A stretch of DNA of 64,000 bases from Geosiphon pyriformis uo1 (taxonomy: Eukaryota; Fungi; Glomeromycota). A program made the position numbers and the translations under genes. Below, piece by piece: positions 1 to 12,657 of this stretch. The stretch covers positions 881,696 to 945,695 of the forward strand of contig JAAOMT010000602.1 in assembly GCA_016748015.1 (NCBI GenBank), in the 5' to 3' direction. Within the stretch, counting starts at the first letter, position 1, and each line of letters begins with the position of its first letter. The notes below the pieces were generated by a model. That model saw only the letters and a program-made list of their open reading frames with translations. It ran no database searches and was not told the origin of the DNA.

Positions 1-681
1 AAAACTGAACTCAAGTTTTTGGAACATGTCATAAACAAAAATGGCATTAAAACAGATCCAAACAAAATTGAAATAATTAAAAACTTTTTAGTACTCACCA
101 ATTTGACTGAACTACGAACATTCTTGAAATTTGCAGATTACTACTACCACTTTATCAAAGACTTTTCCAAACTGGCTCAGCCATTATACCAGCTCTAAAC
201 AAAGAACACCAAATATGAATAAATGAAAAACCTGCAAAAAGCTTTTGATACATTAAGAAAAAAGCTTATTCAAGCTCCAGTACTGATCTATTCAGATCAT
301 AGCAAGCCATTCATAATCACAACTAATGCATTAGGTTAAGTATTGAGAGCTGTACTATCTCAGAAAGAACCAGATAGAAAAGAACACCCAGTAGTATATG
401 CTAGTTGCAGCTTAAGTTCAGCTGAAAAAAACTATAAAACTTCAGCACTAGAACACTTAGCAATCTATTGGACAATTATGAAACAGAAAAAATACTTAAG
501 CCAGAAATTTAACATATATACTAACCATAAAAAATTGACTTCAATTCAGAAACAAGAATTTGGAGACAATTACCATGTAAGATAGAAAATAGAACTTTTA
601 TTATTTAATTATACAGTACATTACAAAAAGGGAAAAGAAAATAAAAATGCCAATAGTTTGTTGTGAATAAAACAAATCTAA
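1..681 (+). pseudogene. RT C-terminus + RNase H of A1 (in-frame stops)
   Basis: ORF 343-585 resembles Ty3-type RNase H; frame ends ..IKQI* at TAA 679-681. Confidence 0.88.
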
Positions 682-708
682 CATTCCAACCCAAAAATAT
701 AACAAAAG

Positions 709-2078
709 ATGAATACACAAAAATATTAACAATTCCAACACTATATTAATATCTAGCAGTTTAAGAAGAAATTATTTCCAAAAAAACAAAACAACATAAA
801 ACAACAATCCAAATATTTTATCACTTGCCAAAATATCTTATATCAAAAAAACAGAAAGAATCCAAACCAACCACTCAGAGTAATCATGAAACTAGAAAAA
901 AAACAATACTATTTAATATGCATTTAGATCTAATAGCAAAACATTTTTATAAAGAAGCAATCATAGAAAGAACCAGAAAAAGATACTATTGGCTATCTAT
1001 ATATTCAGACATCATCCAATATGTTCAAAATTGTAATGCTTGTTAGAAAAAAGAAAAAACAAGACCCAGTAAACTATTAAGACCAATTAAAATGAAACAA
1101 CTATTTGATCAAATTAAAATTGACTTAGTTAGATCATTAAAAATAACCAGTAGAAAAAACAGATATATTGTAGTAGCCATGGATTATTTTACTAAGTGGC
1201 CAAAAGCAAAAGCCATTTAAAGAGCAGATGCAGAATCTATTGCCAAATTTGTTTATCAAAATTTGATTTGTCAACATGGATGCCTAAAAAAATTACTATT
1301 CAACCAAGAAACTCACTTTGTAAATAGAACATTGGCAGAATTAAGTCAAAGATTTGGAATAAAAAGACCATTATTATCATCATATCATCCACAAATCAAC
1401 AGCTTAGTCAAATGATTTAATAGAATATTGTGTAAAGCAATTGCCAAAATCAACCAAAAAAATCAAGATGAATAGAATTTGTTTATATTATCAGTATTAT
1501 TTGTTTATCAGACAATAAAGCAAGACACTATACAAGCAACACCATTTGAATTAGTATATGGTAAAACAACAACATTACCAGTTAAAATAAAAATCAACAT
1601 GTATTTAATTAAACCAATAACAGAAGACAATTTCCAAGAAACATTGTTAAGAAAAACATATAACTTAATAGAAACACTAGAAAACAAACAGTAAAAAGCA
1701 GCTAATAATATTTAAAAGTTACAAAAAAAACATGATAACCAACTACCAGATAAATCAGTTAAATTCAGGATTGGAGACAAAATACTTTTATATCATACCA
1801 AAGCAGAAAAACAATGAAGTAGAAAATTTGACTCTAAATGGGACAGATCATTTTACATTGAAGAAATTTTTGGAAATAGAGCTTATAAATTAAGATAAGA
1901 CAACAAAATCTTAGCCAAAGCAGCACATAGTGATTAACTGAAACCATATCACCATACAGTATTATTATTCACCAATAATATTTCACAACTGGAAGTACAA
2001 TGAATACTAGTCCAATCAGATAAGATTCCACAAGATCTAAAACCAATTATAATTATTAAACCAAATACATTAAATTGA
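709..2078 (+). pseudogene. Integrase of A1 (separate ORF, decayed)
   Basis: HHCC remnant (MH..H..YYW..C..C), IDLV..YFTKWP core, YHPQ..FNR, TPFELVYG, KWD(G)(P)FY motif. Confidence 0.88.
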
Positions 2079-2133
2079 AAAACCAAAGAAGTATATAAAA
2101 ACACAATATACATGACAAAAGATATCAAAAAAA

Positions 2134-2790
2134 ATGAAAATTACCAACAATATATACACACTAACACAACAATTCTTCCAATTGATTTAACAACAAAATA
2201 TGGAAATTATAATTAACTAACAAACCATTCAATATAAAAATACAAAGAAGAGACCTTAACATAAGAAACAGAGAAAACCAAAAAACACTATTGACAAAAT
2301 AATAACAAAAGTAAAAGTGACAATAGAAATACAAACAGAAGGTATACCATATCAAGAGTTGATAATAGAAACATGGAATTGGTGAATACAACAATTTCCA
2401 AGAAACTTTTGTTATTTTCACTTGGGACAACATCTGAATATTTAGAACTTATATACAAATAAACCAAAACAATTATTTGACACAACAATATTACAACAAC
2501 TTAAGTAATTTATGAGAAAAAACAATCTAACAACACAAATAAGAGCCATCTATTAATTACATGTTGGGTTTCAAGACTGACCAAAAATACTACTCAACAC
2601 AATAATAGACACAATTACTACTAATCAAATAGGTAAAATGACCAATGTCTAATTTAAAGAATTACAAATTAAAATAACACAAGTAATTCTTGAAAAAAAA
2701 GTCCAAGAAATAATCAAGAAAGGAGAATTAGGAAAGTTCAAAGATCTTAACAGAGCTTAATATTAAAAGGAGGAATTAATGTTACTTATA
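2134..2790 (+). pseudogene. Extra ORF3 (env position) of A1, unknown function; end approximate
   Basis: Reads MKITNNIYTLTQQ...CYFHLGQHL...IGKMTN..F; homologous to A2 61744-62406 and B3 40902-41609. Confidence 0.7.
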
Positions 2791-3634
2791 GAAAATAAGA
2801 ATCATAGTAGTATATATATTAGCCAATTAGAAGTAGATTTAATAAAATATAGAATTTCAAGATTTCTCTCAAAAGAATTACAGAATTTTAGGAATTACAA
2901 GATTCTTATATGAAAAATTGCAGGATTCCAGAATTCTAGAATTCCTTTCGAGAAATTGCAAGATTCCAGAAATTCCAGGATTCCTGGTAGAAAAAATAGA
3001 AGAATTGAGAAATCTCAAATATGTATATATAGCAGTAGCATTAGAAGCAAAAAAGACAGACTTTTTAGTTTAGATTTTATCTAAGCAACTTTTTAATTCA
3101 CAAATATCAATAAAATAATTATTTGTTATCTCAATCTGTTCTCAACTATCAACACTTTATGTTAATAGCTGCTGATACTTAACTACACTGAAACAATAGC
3201 TCTTAATTATAGTTATTGACAAAATACTAACTTAAACTGCCTTGGCTTATTTTTCTTTATTTTTATTTTCTTTTATTTCTTTTATTTTCTCTTTTATTGT
3301 TGTTGACTAATTAATTAAAGATTAAGTACTAAATTATTGATATCACAAATAATCTGGTAAAAGACCTGAATAGAAGAGTACAGAGTAAGAATTTGGATAG
3401 CTTATCAAAAGAACACAACTGTCAGAATAAACTGGCCACCAAGCTGAAAAAAAAAATTGGAAAACTCATCACAAAAGACTTGCACACTATTGAATCTCTG
3501 TTTATTATACAAAAAACTCCAATTCAAAACCTTTAGATCACTAAAATTTTCAGATAATACCAATCATATTAGCTATTAACACCAAGTTATGGATTTGTTA
3601 TTTGATTTGAAATTCCAAATAATCACCTGTAACA
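2780..3634 (+). repeat. 3' LTR of A1 (855 bp)
   Basis: Starts TGTTAC and ends GTAACA; preceded by PPT AAAAGGAGGAA; ~10-bp tandem repeats at ~2850-2990; TATA-like tatatata near 3025; similar to 37264-38102. Confidence 0.92.
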
Positions 3635-6245
3635 CTGTCTTATAATTAGTATTAAAAAATTCAAATACAAAGCCAATTTTATGAAATATTATTACAGATG
3701 ACAAACTCTTATTTACAAAAATATAGTTAATAACTTTTTTAATTCTATTAAAGTTGCTTCAAATAGGAATCTTAACCAAAAAATGTTCACTAAAAGAGTT
3801 AACCAATCTCAGATCCAAACATTTCTTAAAACTTGCACTTTTTTTAGAACTATTTTTATTGAAATTACTACCCAAGTTTACAAAAAACTAGAACTAAATG
3901 TCTTAGAAATAATAAAGTTAATATTAAAAGCCTGATTAAATTTAACTTTAACAGATACACTAATATATAAATCTAAAATTATAATTAATAGTTTACTCTT
4001 AAATAAAAAATAAACTAAAATAATCTGACTTGAAATTTTTTCAATTTTTAATACATGTTAAACCAATAAGTTATTTATAATAATAGCCATATTAGTATCA
4101 AAAAATTTTTTGACCAAACACAACATAAAGATTCAAATATTATTAAACCTATTTATAATCTATAGTCTAATATTAAACTTCAATTTGGTTTCTGTTACAA
4201 TAAAAATTACATTATTAAATTTTATGTGTTAACAAACAATGTTTTTTTGCTTAACTAAATTATTTATTTTCTTAATATTACATATAACAATCTTTTAAAT
4301 AAAACTAATTATTAAAAAAAATAAAAGCCTAAATCTAAATTAAGTTTGTTTATTTTAACCAAAAAGTCCAAAACCATATTTAACAAATTTTTTTTAATCT
4401 TTAAAAACTTAATAAATTCAAAGATATTATTTGTACAACAATACTACTATTAATAGCCATACCCAAACTTTTACTTATTATTATTATATATATTTTTTAA
4501 TTTTATAATAAAAGATTTATTAATAGCTGTTATTCAAAACTAGACTAAAAAACTGTTGGCCTAAGTGTATTTAATTTTATAACCAATTTATTAACTTACT
4601 CCACAAAATTAGCAAGATTATATTTAAAAACAGCAAATCTGTTATTTATTTCCAACATAACTGGTAAAAAAGATTTTATTTTCAAAAAAAAGTCAACTTT
4701 TGTGAAATTATTATATAAAAAAATAGAAAAAAACAAAAACTTATTAACAACTTTTATTTAAAAAATATTACCAAAAGCAATTAAATAAGCAATAAAAACT
4801 GATTTTTTGGTATAAATAGTAGTAAGTCTGTTTTCATTCAACATTAACAAAATTTTATAAAAAAAACGATTCATAAATGCTTTTTTACTAGTAGTATAGT
4901 TAATCAATATGTGACCCAATTTTTTATACTTAATATATTTAATTAAGTTTAAATAAGACCAATACAAATTAGAATTTTTTAGCATTAGTGTAATTGTTAT
5001 AACAGCATTCAATAAAAATTTTAAATTAAAATAAATTACAGCACATTTAGTTTAAGTATATATAAATAGATGACAATTTATAATACAAGTTTTTTTATTA
5101 ACAAAATTTAAAAAATTTAAAAAATTATGAGCAGTTGTTCTTACAGAAAAGTATAAAACAATATTTTATTGCAGTTTTTTGTATTTTATGTTTTCTTGTT
5201 TTTGTTAGTTTTAGCAATCTGCATAGCATCTTTTTTAATTAAAATAGACTATTTTACTGCAGCCAAATTAGTATAATCTAATAGCTCAAATTTTATGATA
5301 CTTTTTGTCACATCTTACTAGTTATATTTTGATTAATTCAATAATCTTAAATTTAAATAACACAGTATACACAGCCTTTACAAATGTTTTCACCAAAATT
5401 TTTTTGATAACCACAGCTTAATTTAAATATTTAACTGATTTTTTAAAATTAGTATTTACTAAGATTTTTGCTGCTTTTGCATTTTCTATAATCTGCATCA
5501 AATCCAATTCAGAAATAAACAATACATGAATGATTTTTGCAAATTTTAAAAGAATAAAGTCTTTTAAAAATTATTAATTCCAAAAAACAGTTTTTTAACT
5601 ATTTTCAACTTTTTTTGAAAAGACTTTTTTGTTATAATATTCAAATTAATATCCAAAACAAAAAATTTTTTAACTGAAACCTGAACCAAATTTTTGAAAA
5701 AAAAAGTAAAAAAGAAGTATTTATTGTAATATTATTATTATTACTATCAAAAAAATTAATCTTGTTAAAAGGTTTTTTTAAAATATACTTGGTCATAATG
5801 GTTGTTTTTTTAGAGTGCTATTAATATTTCTATTTTTGATTTTATTTTTATTATCATAGTTAATACTAGTTCTTTTTATTAAATTTTTTTTTATATTAAC
5901 ATATTTTAATTCAGTAGTGTTTTTGGTATTAAACTTTTTCTCACTATTTTTAATAAAATCTTCTTATCTTGTTAAAAAATTACTAATTATGTTTTTTTTA
6001 ACAATAACTCTATTTTTTTTTTTTTTTTTTAAAGATAAAAGCTTTTATTCAAACCTAAACCAAAGCTTTTGGTAGTCTTTTTTATGTTTAAATTACTAAT
6101 ACTAATAGCTGATTTATTGTTAAACAAATAGAATTTTAAAGTATCTAATTGAATATTAAAAAAAACAGCAAAAAAAAACAAAAACTTTTTTTTCAAAAAT
6201 TATGCTCTTTGAAAAATTTTGGACATAGAAAAAAAAAAGTTTTTA
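3635..6245 (-). mobile_element. Degenerate LINE (LINE1): 5'UTR, ORF1 and start of ORF2 APE, interrupted by A1
   Basis: Minus strand near 4310-4180 reads like KIVICNIK.INNLVKQK.IV..H...TETKL (ORF2 start of LINE2/4); 5' end at ~6240 matches the 5' ends at ~25060 and ~51045. Confidence 0.8.
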
Positions 6246-6476
6246 AAAATTTAAACAAATTAAAATAATAATATTTATTTATTTAATTATAATATTATTA
6301 CTAAATCAAAAAAAACTAATAACATAAATATCTTAGTAAGCCTAAAAAAGTTTTTTTTCTTGTCAATTCTCTGACCACAACAAAAGCATTTGTATTGCCA
6401 AAGATTTAGCTTTTCCTTTTCTTCTTCCCCTTAGTTACCTTTAGTTATTTCTTCTAACATATTCAATTTTGTTGTA

Positions 6477-9437
6477 ATAGAACTAGTAGACTCTTCTGTT
6501 GGTGGTTTTGGTACTGGTTTGACTGGGTTGGAATCCTGGTCTAGAACTAAAAAAAAAGCGCAAGTTGAGAATATCTATGTTCATGATCTTTCATACAAAA
6601 AATCAAAAAAATCTGGTGTTACTGGAGTTGTGGTGAACTCATTGGCTGGACCTCTTCCTGAACACGTTTTATAGACTAACTGTGGTGAATACAAAGTATC
6701 TTGAAGTAGTGAGATTGGGAGTAAAGATACCAGCATTAGTGGGATATTGGATGCTGAAAACATAGACAACATGGTGGCCAAAGAGACTAGTTATGTAGAT
6801 TTCGATGCTTCTGAGACTGATAACATGGTAGACAATATAACTTCTAGAAAAATGCGAACAAAAATCTATGTTTTAGGACTGCCACCAAAAACACCTTCCT
6901 TCAAAAACTTAAATAATGACAATACTGAGTTGGTGTTTTCTAAATCTAAATTTGTTGAGTTCAATCAGCTGTCACCAGCCAAATTACATGTTCTGGATAA
7001 ACATAGCTTTGAGCCAGTTAGATTATTCACTTTGGATGTAGAGTTGGCTGCTGTGCCTTGCAAAACTAATGGTGATAAATTAATTTCAATCAAAAAGATT
7101 TTTTATAGAATTAATGGTTTTGAGGGAGCCTTTACTCTTTCAAAATTCTCAGAGATTATCAGATTCTCATTTACTTCTGAATTTAGCATGAATAAGGCAA
7201 AGGAATTGGCAATTCGTAAAAAAATTGTGGTAAATGATGATCTTAAAAAGGTTAGCAGCCATTTAGATAAGGAAATTATTGTCAAGGAGATTCCAGTTGA
7301 TCTTTTCAAATTAGCTGTTGAATTTGTTTTTTTTAAGTTTAGAAAAATTGTATCAATCAAGATACAACTGATTGGTCTGTGGCAAAAGGCTTTGGTAGAG
7401 TTTGAGTCTTCTAAAATAGCTGATTTGGTCGCAGCTAAGTGGTCTGTTTTTATGAGAAAAGATTCCGTTTGTGTGGCAAAAGCTGTTGATGATAAACAAT
7501 CATGAGTTTCTAGAGATTTGCATTGGGCATTGCTCTATACCCTTCCAGTTGGTACTATGGCTTATAATCTTTCAGATTTGTTGAAATCATATGGTAGGAA
7601 AACTTGTTTCATTGGCTGTAATTCCAGCTTTTATGTGTATAATAGATGTGCATTTATGTGTTTTGTTAATAAGGCATCCAAATTGGCTGCTATTGGTTCT
7701 ACTCCAGTATTTAAGAGTGTGAATTTGCATTGGGCCAGTCTTTTTTTGGCCCATTGTGCTTAATGCAAATAGTTTGATCACATCTCTACAGGGTGTTTAA
7801 TAGATGGGAATTCTGGTATTTGTGGTAAGTGGGTGGTAACTCCTCAGGATTAGATTCATTTGGCCAACATATATAAGAAAAAGCAGGCACCAATTGTTTG
7901 CCCAGTTTTTTTTGGTGGTGTTATGAGTAAACTTGGTAGGTAATAGAACTGGTAACATTTGGTGCTCTCAATTATTGGAAATGTGTCTTCCACGTAATTT
8001 TTTTGGCTTAGTCTTGGTTATTAGTCTCTGAAGATCTATTCCTGAATGTAAATTTACCCATTGAGTTCTTTGGTTATAAAGCAAAGAGTTTGTTTTTCAT
8101 TGATTACAACATTTTCCGTAAATGTGAGCTTTCTTTTTCAAGCTAACGAGTGCAGTCATTAGAGTCTGGTGTTGTCTTTTCGCCCTTCTAATAAGCTATC
8201 AAGATAATATTAATATCCAAAACCTAAGGGGAGCCTTTTTCTTTTACCAGGCTATTATGAAGTCTATTTCTAGACAGTCAATTTTCCTATGTTGCCACTC
8301 CACAAGAGAAAAAAAGAAAAAAAATAAAAGAAAATAAAAGAAAATAAAGAAAATAAAAATAAGAAATAAGTGTCCTGTCAATAGCCGTGATTAAAAGCTA
8401 TTGTGCCAGCAGGTTAAGTAGTGGATAATAACATGGATTTGAAGAATTAAAGGGATATTTTATTGATATAATTCCATTTCGGTTGATAGCAACTATCTTT
8501 GAAAGGAAAAGTATTTAATAATTATAACCTGCAAGTCTAATTGACTCTGAGAGTTTAATTGACTTTTGAAAGTCTAATTTTCTCTCTGGATGTCTTTCTA
8601 ACTTCTATAGCTACTCATTTTATACATTTTTTTTGTTCTATAGGATTACTTCTGATTGTTCTGTTATTGCTAACTATTGCTTTGCTATTTCTGTAATTGC
8701 TTTGTTTTTCTATGTTATTACTAGTTATCCTATGTTATAATATGTTATCTGGTGTTATTACATATTATTCTGTGTTATCCTATGTTATAATGCGTTATCT
8801 TGCATTATTCTAAGTTATAATGTGTTATCTAACATTATTGTGCACTATTTTGTATTATGTCACGTTTTGGTCACATTTCTTTATAACTTTGGATCAGTTT
8901 TTCTACTTGGGTAACAGTGGGAAAACTTGGGCCCAGGTTGCAGGTGGCTTCTCTTCTCATGTGGTTTTGTCAGTTCCTTCTGGTGCTAGTTCACTTTCAA
9001 GTATAAAACTTTCAGTAATGACTTCCGACCTTCTTGATGATTCTGGCTTGGCCAAACACATGGCTTTTTTGAAGCACTTTATGGAACTTTTGTTAGATCA
9101 GGTTTCAGAGATTTTAGGGAAATTAAGCTTTGTGAAATTAGTGCTAATGTTTTCACCTTCTTGTGTTTCTTCCCCTTTTGTTGCTCTTCTCTTGGATCTA
9201 GCTTTGAATTCAGATATGGCTGTGGATAATGTAGTGATGTCTTCTTCTTCTTTTCTTTTGGTAGTCAATAATGCTACTTCCAAACTAAGTTTGAGCAGTT
9301 CAAAGGTTTTTACTGCCAAGGTGGATGGTTTGGAATCAAAGATAATGACTCTGGAAGTCTCAATTGGTTCGGTATTGGCAAGATTGGACTCTTTGTATTT
9401 TGGTTTGGGTTTGTTGGCTTCTTTTTCATCTCAATGA
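6477..9437 (+). pseudogene. LINE2 ORF1 (RRM-like + CCHC knuckle), split by solo LTR 7919-8916; start approximate
   Basis: ORFs 6747-7505, 7518-7763 and 8820-9437; C-x2-C-x4-H-x4-C remnant at ~7755-7795; PVFFGG|KTWAQV rejoins across the insertion; homologous to 51179-53019. Confidence 0.85.
7919..8916 (-). repeat. Solo LTR (998 bp) of a third Gypsy LTR type
   Basis: TG...CA termini; 4-bp TSD GTGG at 7915-7918 and 8917-8920; minus strand shares the caatagc...ggctattg hairpin and T-rich tract with family A LTRs; short tandem repeats at ~8700-8860. Confidence 0.88.
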
Positions 9438-11635
9438 TCAGTTTAGTTTGGAAAATTGCCACTTGTAAAGTTCAGGGTATAAACAATCTTGCAAAACAGA
9501 AGGATATTGTTCATTGGCACAGAGATATGGGCAATTTGATTTTAATTATTACTGAGACCAAGTTATGAAGCAAGGTTCATTTGTGGATTGCTAATAGGTT
9601 TAATAGTATTTGTGTTTTTACTTCTGGTATGAATTTTGGTAACCTGAATTCAGGTGTTGCCATTATTATGGACATTTCTCTGGCTCATCATGTGTGTAAA
9701 ATTTCTAAGGTTTCTGGCCAGCTTCTCTCTGTTAGGCTACTTTTCAAAAACAAACTCTCTATTTTGATTATAGGACTCTATGCTGGTGTTTCTTTGGTAG
9801 TTTGGTTCTCTCAAGCTGGTGAAATTAACTCTATGATTGCTAATGCTGTGAATAAGTTCTCTTTTGTTGTTCTGGATAGCAACTTCAATGAAGATGGCTC
9901 TCGTAAGTATGCCAGTTTTAAAAAGTATCTAGATCTTGGTTTGGTTAACTCCTTGAGTGGAAGTTTTTTTGTGAAGATGCCTACTTGGGCTAATTTTCAT
10001 GGTGTGGCTAAAATGATTGACTTTCTGTTTATCTCCTTAAACTTGGTTAATACTATAATGAATTGTATTGTGTGTAATATTGGGGAATTTTTTGATACTG
10101 ATTATCAGGCTGTTTCTGTGTCTGTGAATTTGGGTGGACTTTTGAATATGCAGTTGAACTCTCTTCACAGACAAGCAAATAGAAATTGGTAAAAATTTAA
10201 TTTTAAAAATGCTAGTAAAGATAAGTGAAATGACTTTAAGTATGTCATATTAGCCAATATGGTAATGTTCTTAGATGAGTTTTCTGCAGCTTCAAGATTC
10301 TTGAATTTAGATGCAATATGGGATGTTATTCATAAGATCTTGGTTTTTTCAATTAGTGAGATATTCAGAAAAATATGGTTTAAAGACTTTGATCATGTTT
10401 TTATCAAGAAATCTTCAAGGTTTCATAGACTTTATCTTTTGGTTTTTAAGATTGTTGGGGCTTCTTGTAAGGATGGTGTTGACAATTTTGTTTCTTTTAT
10501 AAGATGCTGGCATTCTTTGGACAATGCTAAAGCTTTGGTTGTTCAAGATTTAGTGGACTCTGGTGCAGTCTTTAATCATGTTTGTTCTACATTCTTTGGT
10601 GTTAGGAAATCTTATTGTGCTTTAAAGCTTGCAGAATCTTTAAGGACTAAGGAGGTGAACATCAGGTCTGCTATAGATAAAAAGATGGATAGCTTTGAAA
10701 CAAATAAAAGTCATACTATAAGAAGTGTATTGAAGTGCCCATTTTACAAAGTAGTGCTTGATCATTTGGTTGTCAATAACAAACCAGTTTTGGAACCTGA
10801 TTTGGTTAAGTCTAAGGTTGATATGATTATAAAAAATTGGACTTGGAAGCATTGAACAGTTCTTGATGTTTCTAGTAAGTGGTATCATCAGTATCAGTCT
10901 TTGGGTTATGTTTTTGACAGAGCTTTTGCTGATATGATGTGTTTAATTAGTTTTGATGAATTTTTTGAAGTGGTTTTTGATCTGCCTGATGGCAAAGCTG
11001 CTGATCTCTTAGGTATCTCAAATGAGCTTTGGAAACATTGTAATAGACCTGTTCTGAATATGCTCTTGGTGCTTCTGAATTCTTGTTTGTTTGGTAAATT
11101 CATGCCCAGTTCTTGGAAGAAGGCTTGGGTCTTAATAATTCCCAAACCTTATGAATAAAAAGGTGTTCTGATAAATACTTACCCTATTGCATTAATAAAA
11201 ACAGCTTGCAAGATTCTTTCTAAGATTTTCTCTAATAGGATTTTCTCAGCTTGCAGTACTTATGATGTTCTTTGTAAAGACAATTTTTCGGTTCTAAAGA
11301 ATACAACAACTCAATCTCCTATTTTTGCAATTGGGTCGGTCATTGAAAATGCTTTGGAGAAAAACCAGAAGATCTGGCTGGTGTTACAGGACATGCGGAA
11401 GACATATGATTCAGTCAGCTGGAAATATCTTGAGAAGAGTTTGGTCAGGATCAAAATGTGTGATAGATTTATTCAATTTTTTGGTAATATTCATAGGGAT
11501 TGTACCAACTATGTTATAACAGATTTTGGTTTGTTGGATGGTTATTGTGTGCATGATGGTTTGGACCAAGGAAAAGTTTTCTCTCTCCTTCTGTGGGGTA
11601 TATTTTATGATCTTCTGTTGTGTGAAGTCAAGCAT
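9434..11635 (+). pseudogene. LINE2 ORF2, 5' part (AP endonuclease + RT N-half)
   Basis: WKIATC..., ITETKL, SGVAI, (G)NFN, IDF, TDY/H APE motifs; LQDMRKTYDSV and GLDQG..FS RT motifs. Confidence 0.9.
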
Positions 11636-12612
11636 TGTTACCAGTAGAATTTTAGCTATTAATTAGCATGAAATTATCCTTATAATTCTTATCATTAATT
11701 AACATGTTAATATCAATTCAAATTATTACTTATTATTTAATCAATTTATCACATATCACGATTCAATTAATAATTTAATTAGTACAACAGAAAGTAAGAT
11801 AATCAAATTACACAATACCCTGAACTTTGTAACATTCTAAAATTCGCCGAAATTTACAGAAATTCATCGAAATTTATATGAAATTCACCGAAATTTATAG
11901 AAATTCGCCGAAATTATGAATAGTTCACTCAAATTAATCAATAGTTCAGTGAAATAACTTGTAGTTTATCAAAATGTATCTTTAGTTCACCAAAATTTGA
12001 GCAAAGAGAAAAAGTGCAAGTTTATAGACTAGTACTACAACAAGTTGTATCTTACTTTAGATTTATCACTTAAAACCATTTCTACACACACAAAAAAAAA
12101 TAAATATCAAATAAATCAAAAAACCAAATTCTTTAATTATTGCACTTGGAAAATCCCCAAAACCCAACTAATGTTTTGAAATTGATTAGCTACCAATTTC
12201 AGTAAACTGTTAGTGACTTCAGGTCTGGATAGAAAACGTTTCCCTTAACAAAATTCTATTTCTTTTACATTTCTTTTATTTTCTTGTATTTTTTTATTAC
12301 AATCATTAAGATAGTCTACAGACAAGATTCCTGTAGAAGAGTTGACTTTCACAGCAAAGTAACTACACATTTTTAGTGAGCTTCCAGACAAGCAATTTCT
12401 GGGAAAGAGTTGATGTTTACTACAATGTAACTACATAAAGTAACTGGCATGAAATTGGCCATTCCACTTATAAGCCCAGCAGTTCAAATTATAGAAGATA
12501 ATTTAAAGATAAATTCAGTTACTGAAGGTCCAACTACTTCTAAAAAACGTAAATTTACAACAAACAGACATTAACAACATTTAAAAAAAGAGACCAAAAA
12601 CCTCTGGTAACA
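11636..12612 (+). repeat. B1 5' LTR
   Basis: TGTTAC...GTAACA; ~96% identical to 20552-21528; ~20-bp tandem units aaattcgccgaaattt.. at ~11840-11915. Confidence 0.97.
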
Positions 12613-12614
12613 TT

Positions 12615-12626
12615 TGGTGCTCTCCC
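12615..12626 (+). promoter_or_regulatory. Primer-binding site of B1 (TGGTGCTCTCCC)
   Basis: Lies 2 nt after the LTR end and starts TGG; complementary to a tRNA ending ...GAGCA-CCA (isoacceptor not identifiable here). Confidence 0.85.
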
Positions 12627-12657
12627 ATGGAAATAACATAGCAACAACAAATTCAAA

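Larger units (their letters stand above)
1..3634 (+). mobile_element. Ty3/Gypsy LTR retrotransposon, family A copy A1 (3' part; 5' end outside window)
   Basis: RT end/RNase H (ELKFLEHVI..., HPVVYAS...LEHLAIYW), integrase remnants, PPT at 2765-2775, LTR TG...CA at 2780-3634; collinear with A2 59570-63225. Confidence 0.93.

Noticed and set aside
7919-7969. 39-bp mini-LTR + PBS suggesting a TRIM element on the plus strand
   Set aside because: No matching 39-bp repeat at the other end (8878-8916); the interior matches family A LTR motifs on the minus strand.
11840-11915. Regularly spaced ~20-bp repeats as a CRISPR-like array (also 40660-40720, 2850-2990, 37335-37470)
   Set aside because: Contiguous degenerate tandem units with no unique spacers and no cas genes; these are U3 repeats inside LTRs.
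12315-12436. Hammerhead, hairpin or HDV-like ribozyme in the duplicated LTR hairpins
   Set aside because: CAGACGA is not CUGANGA and there is no GAAA core; hairpin-ribozyme loop B and the HDV double pseudoknot could not be drawn by eye.
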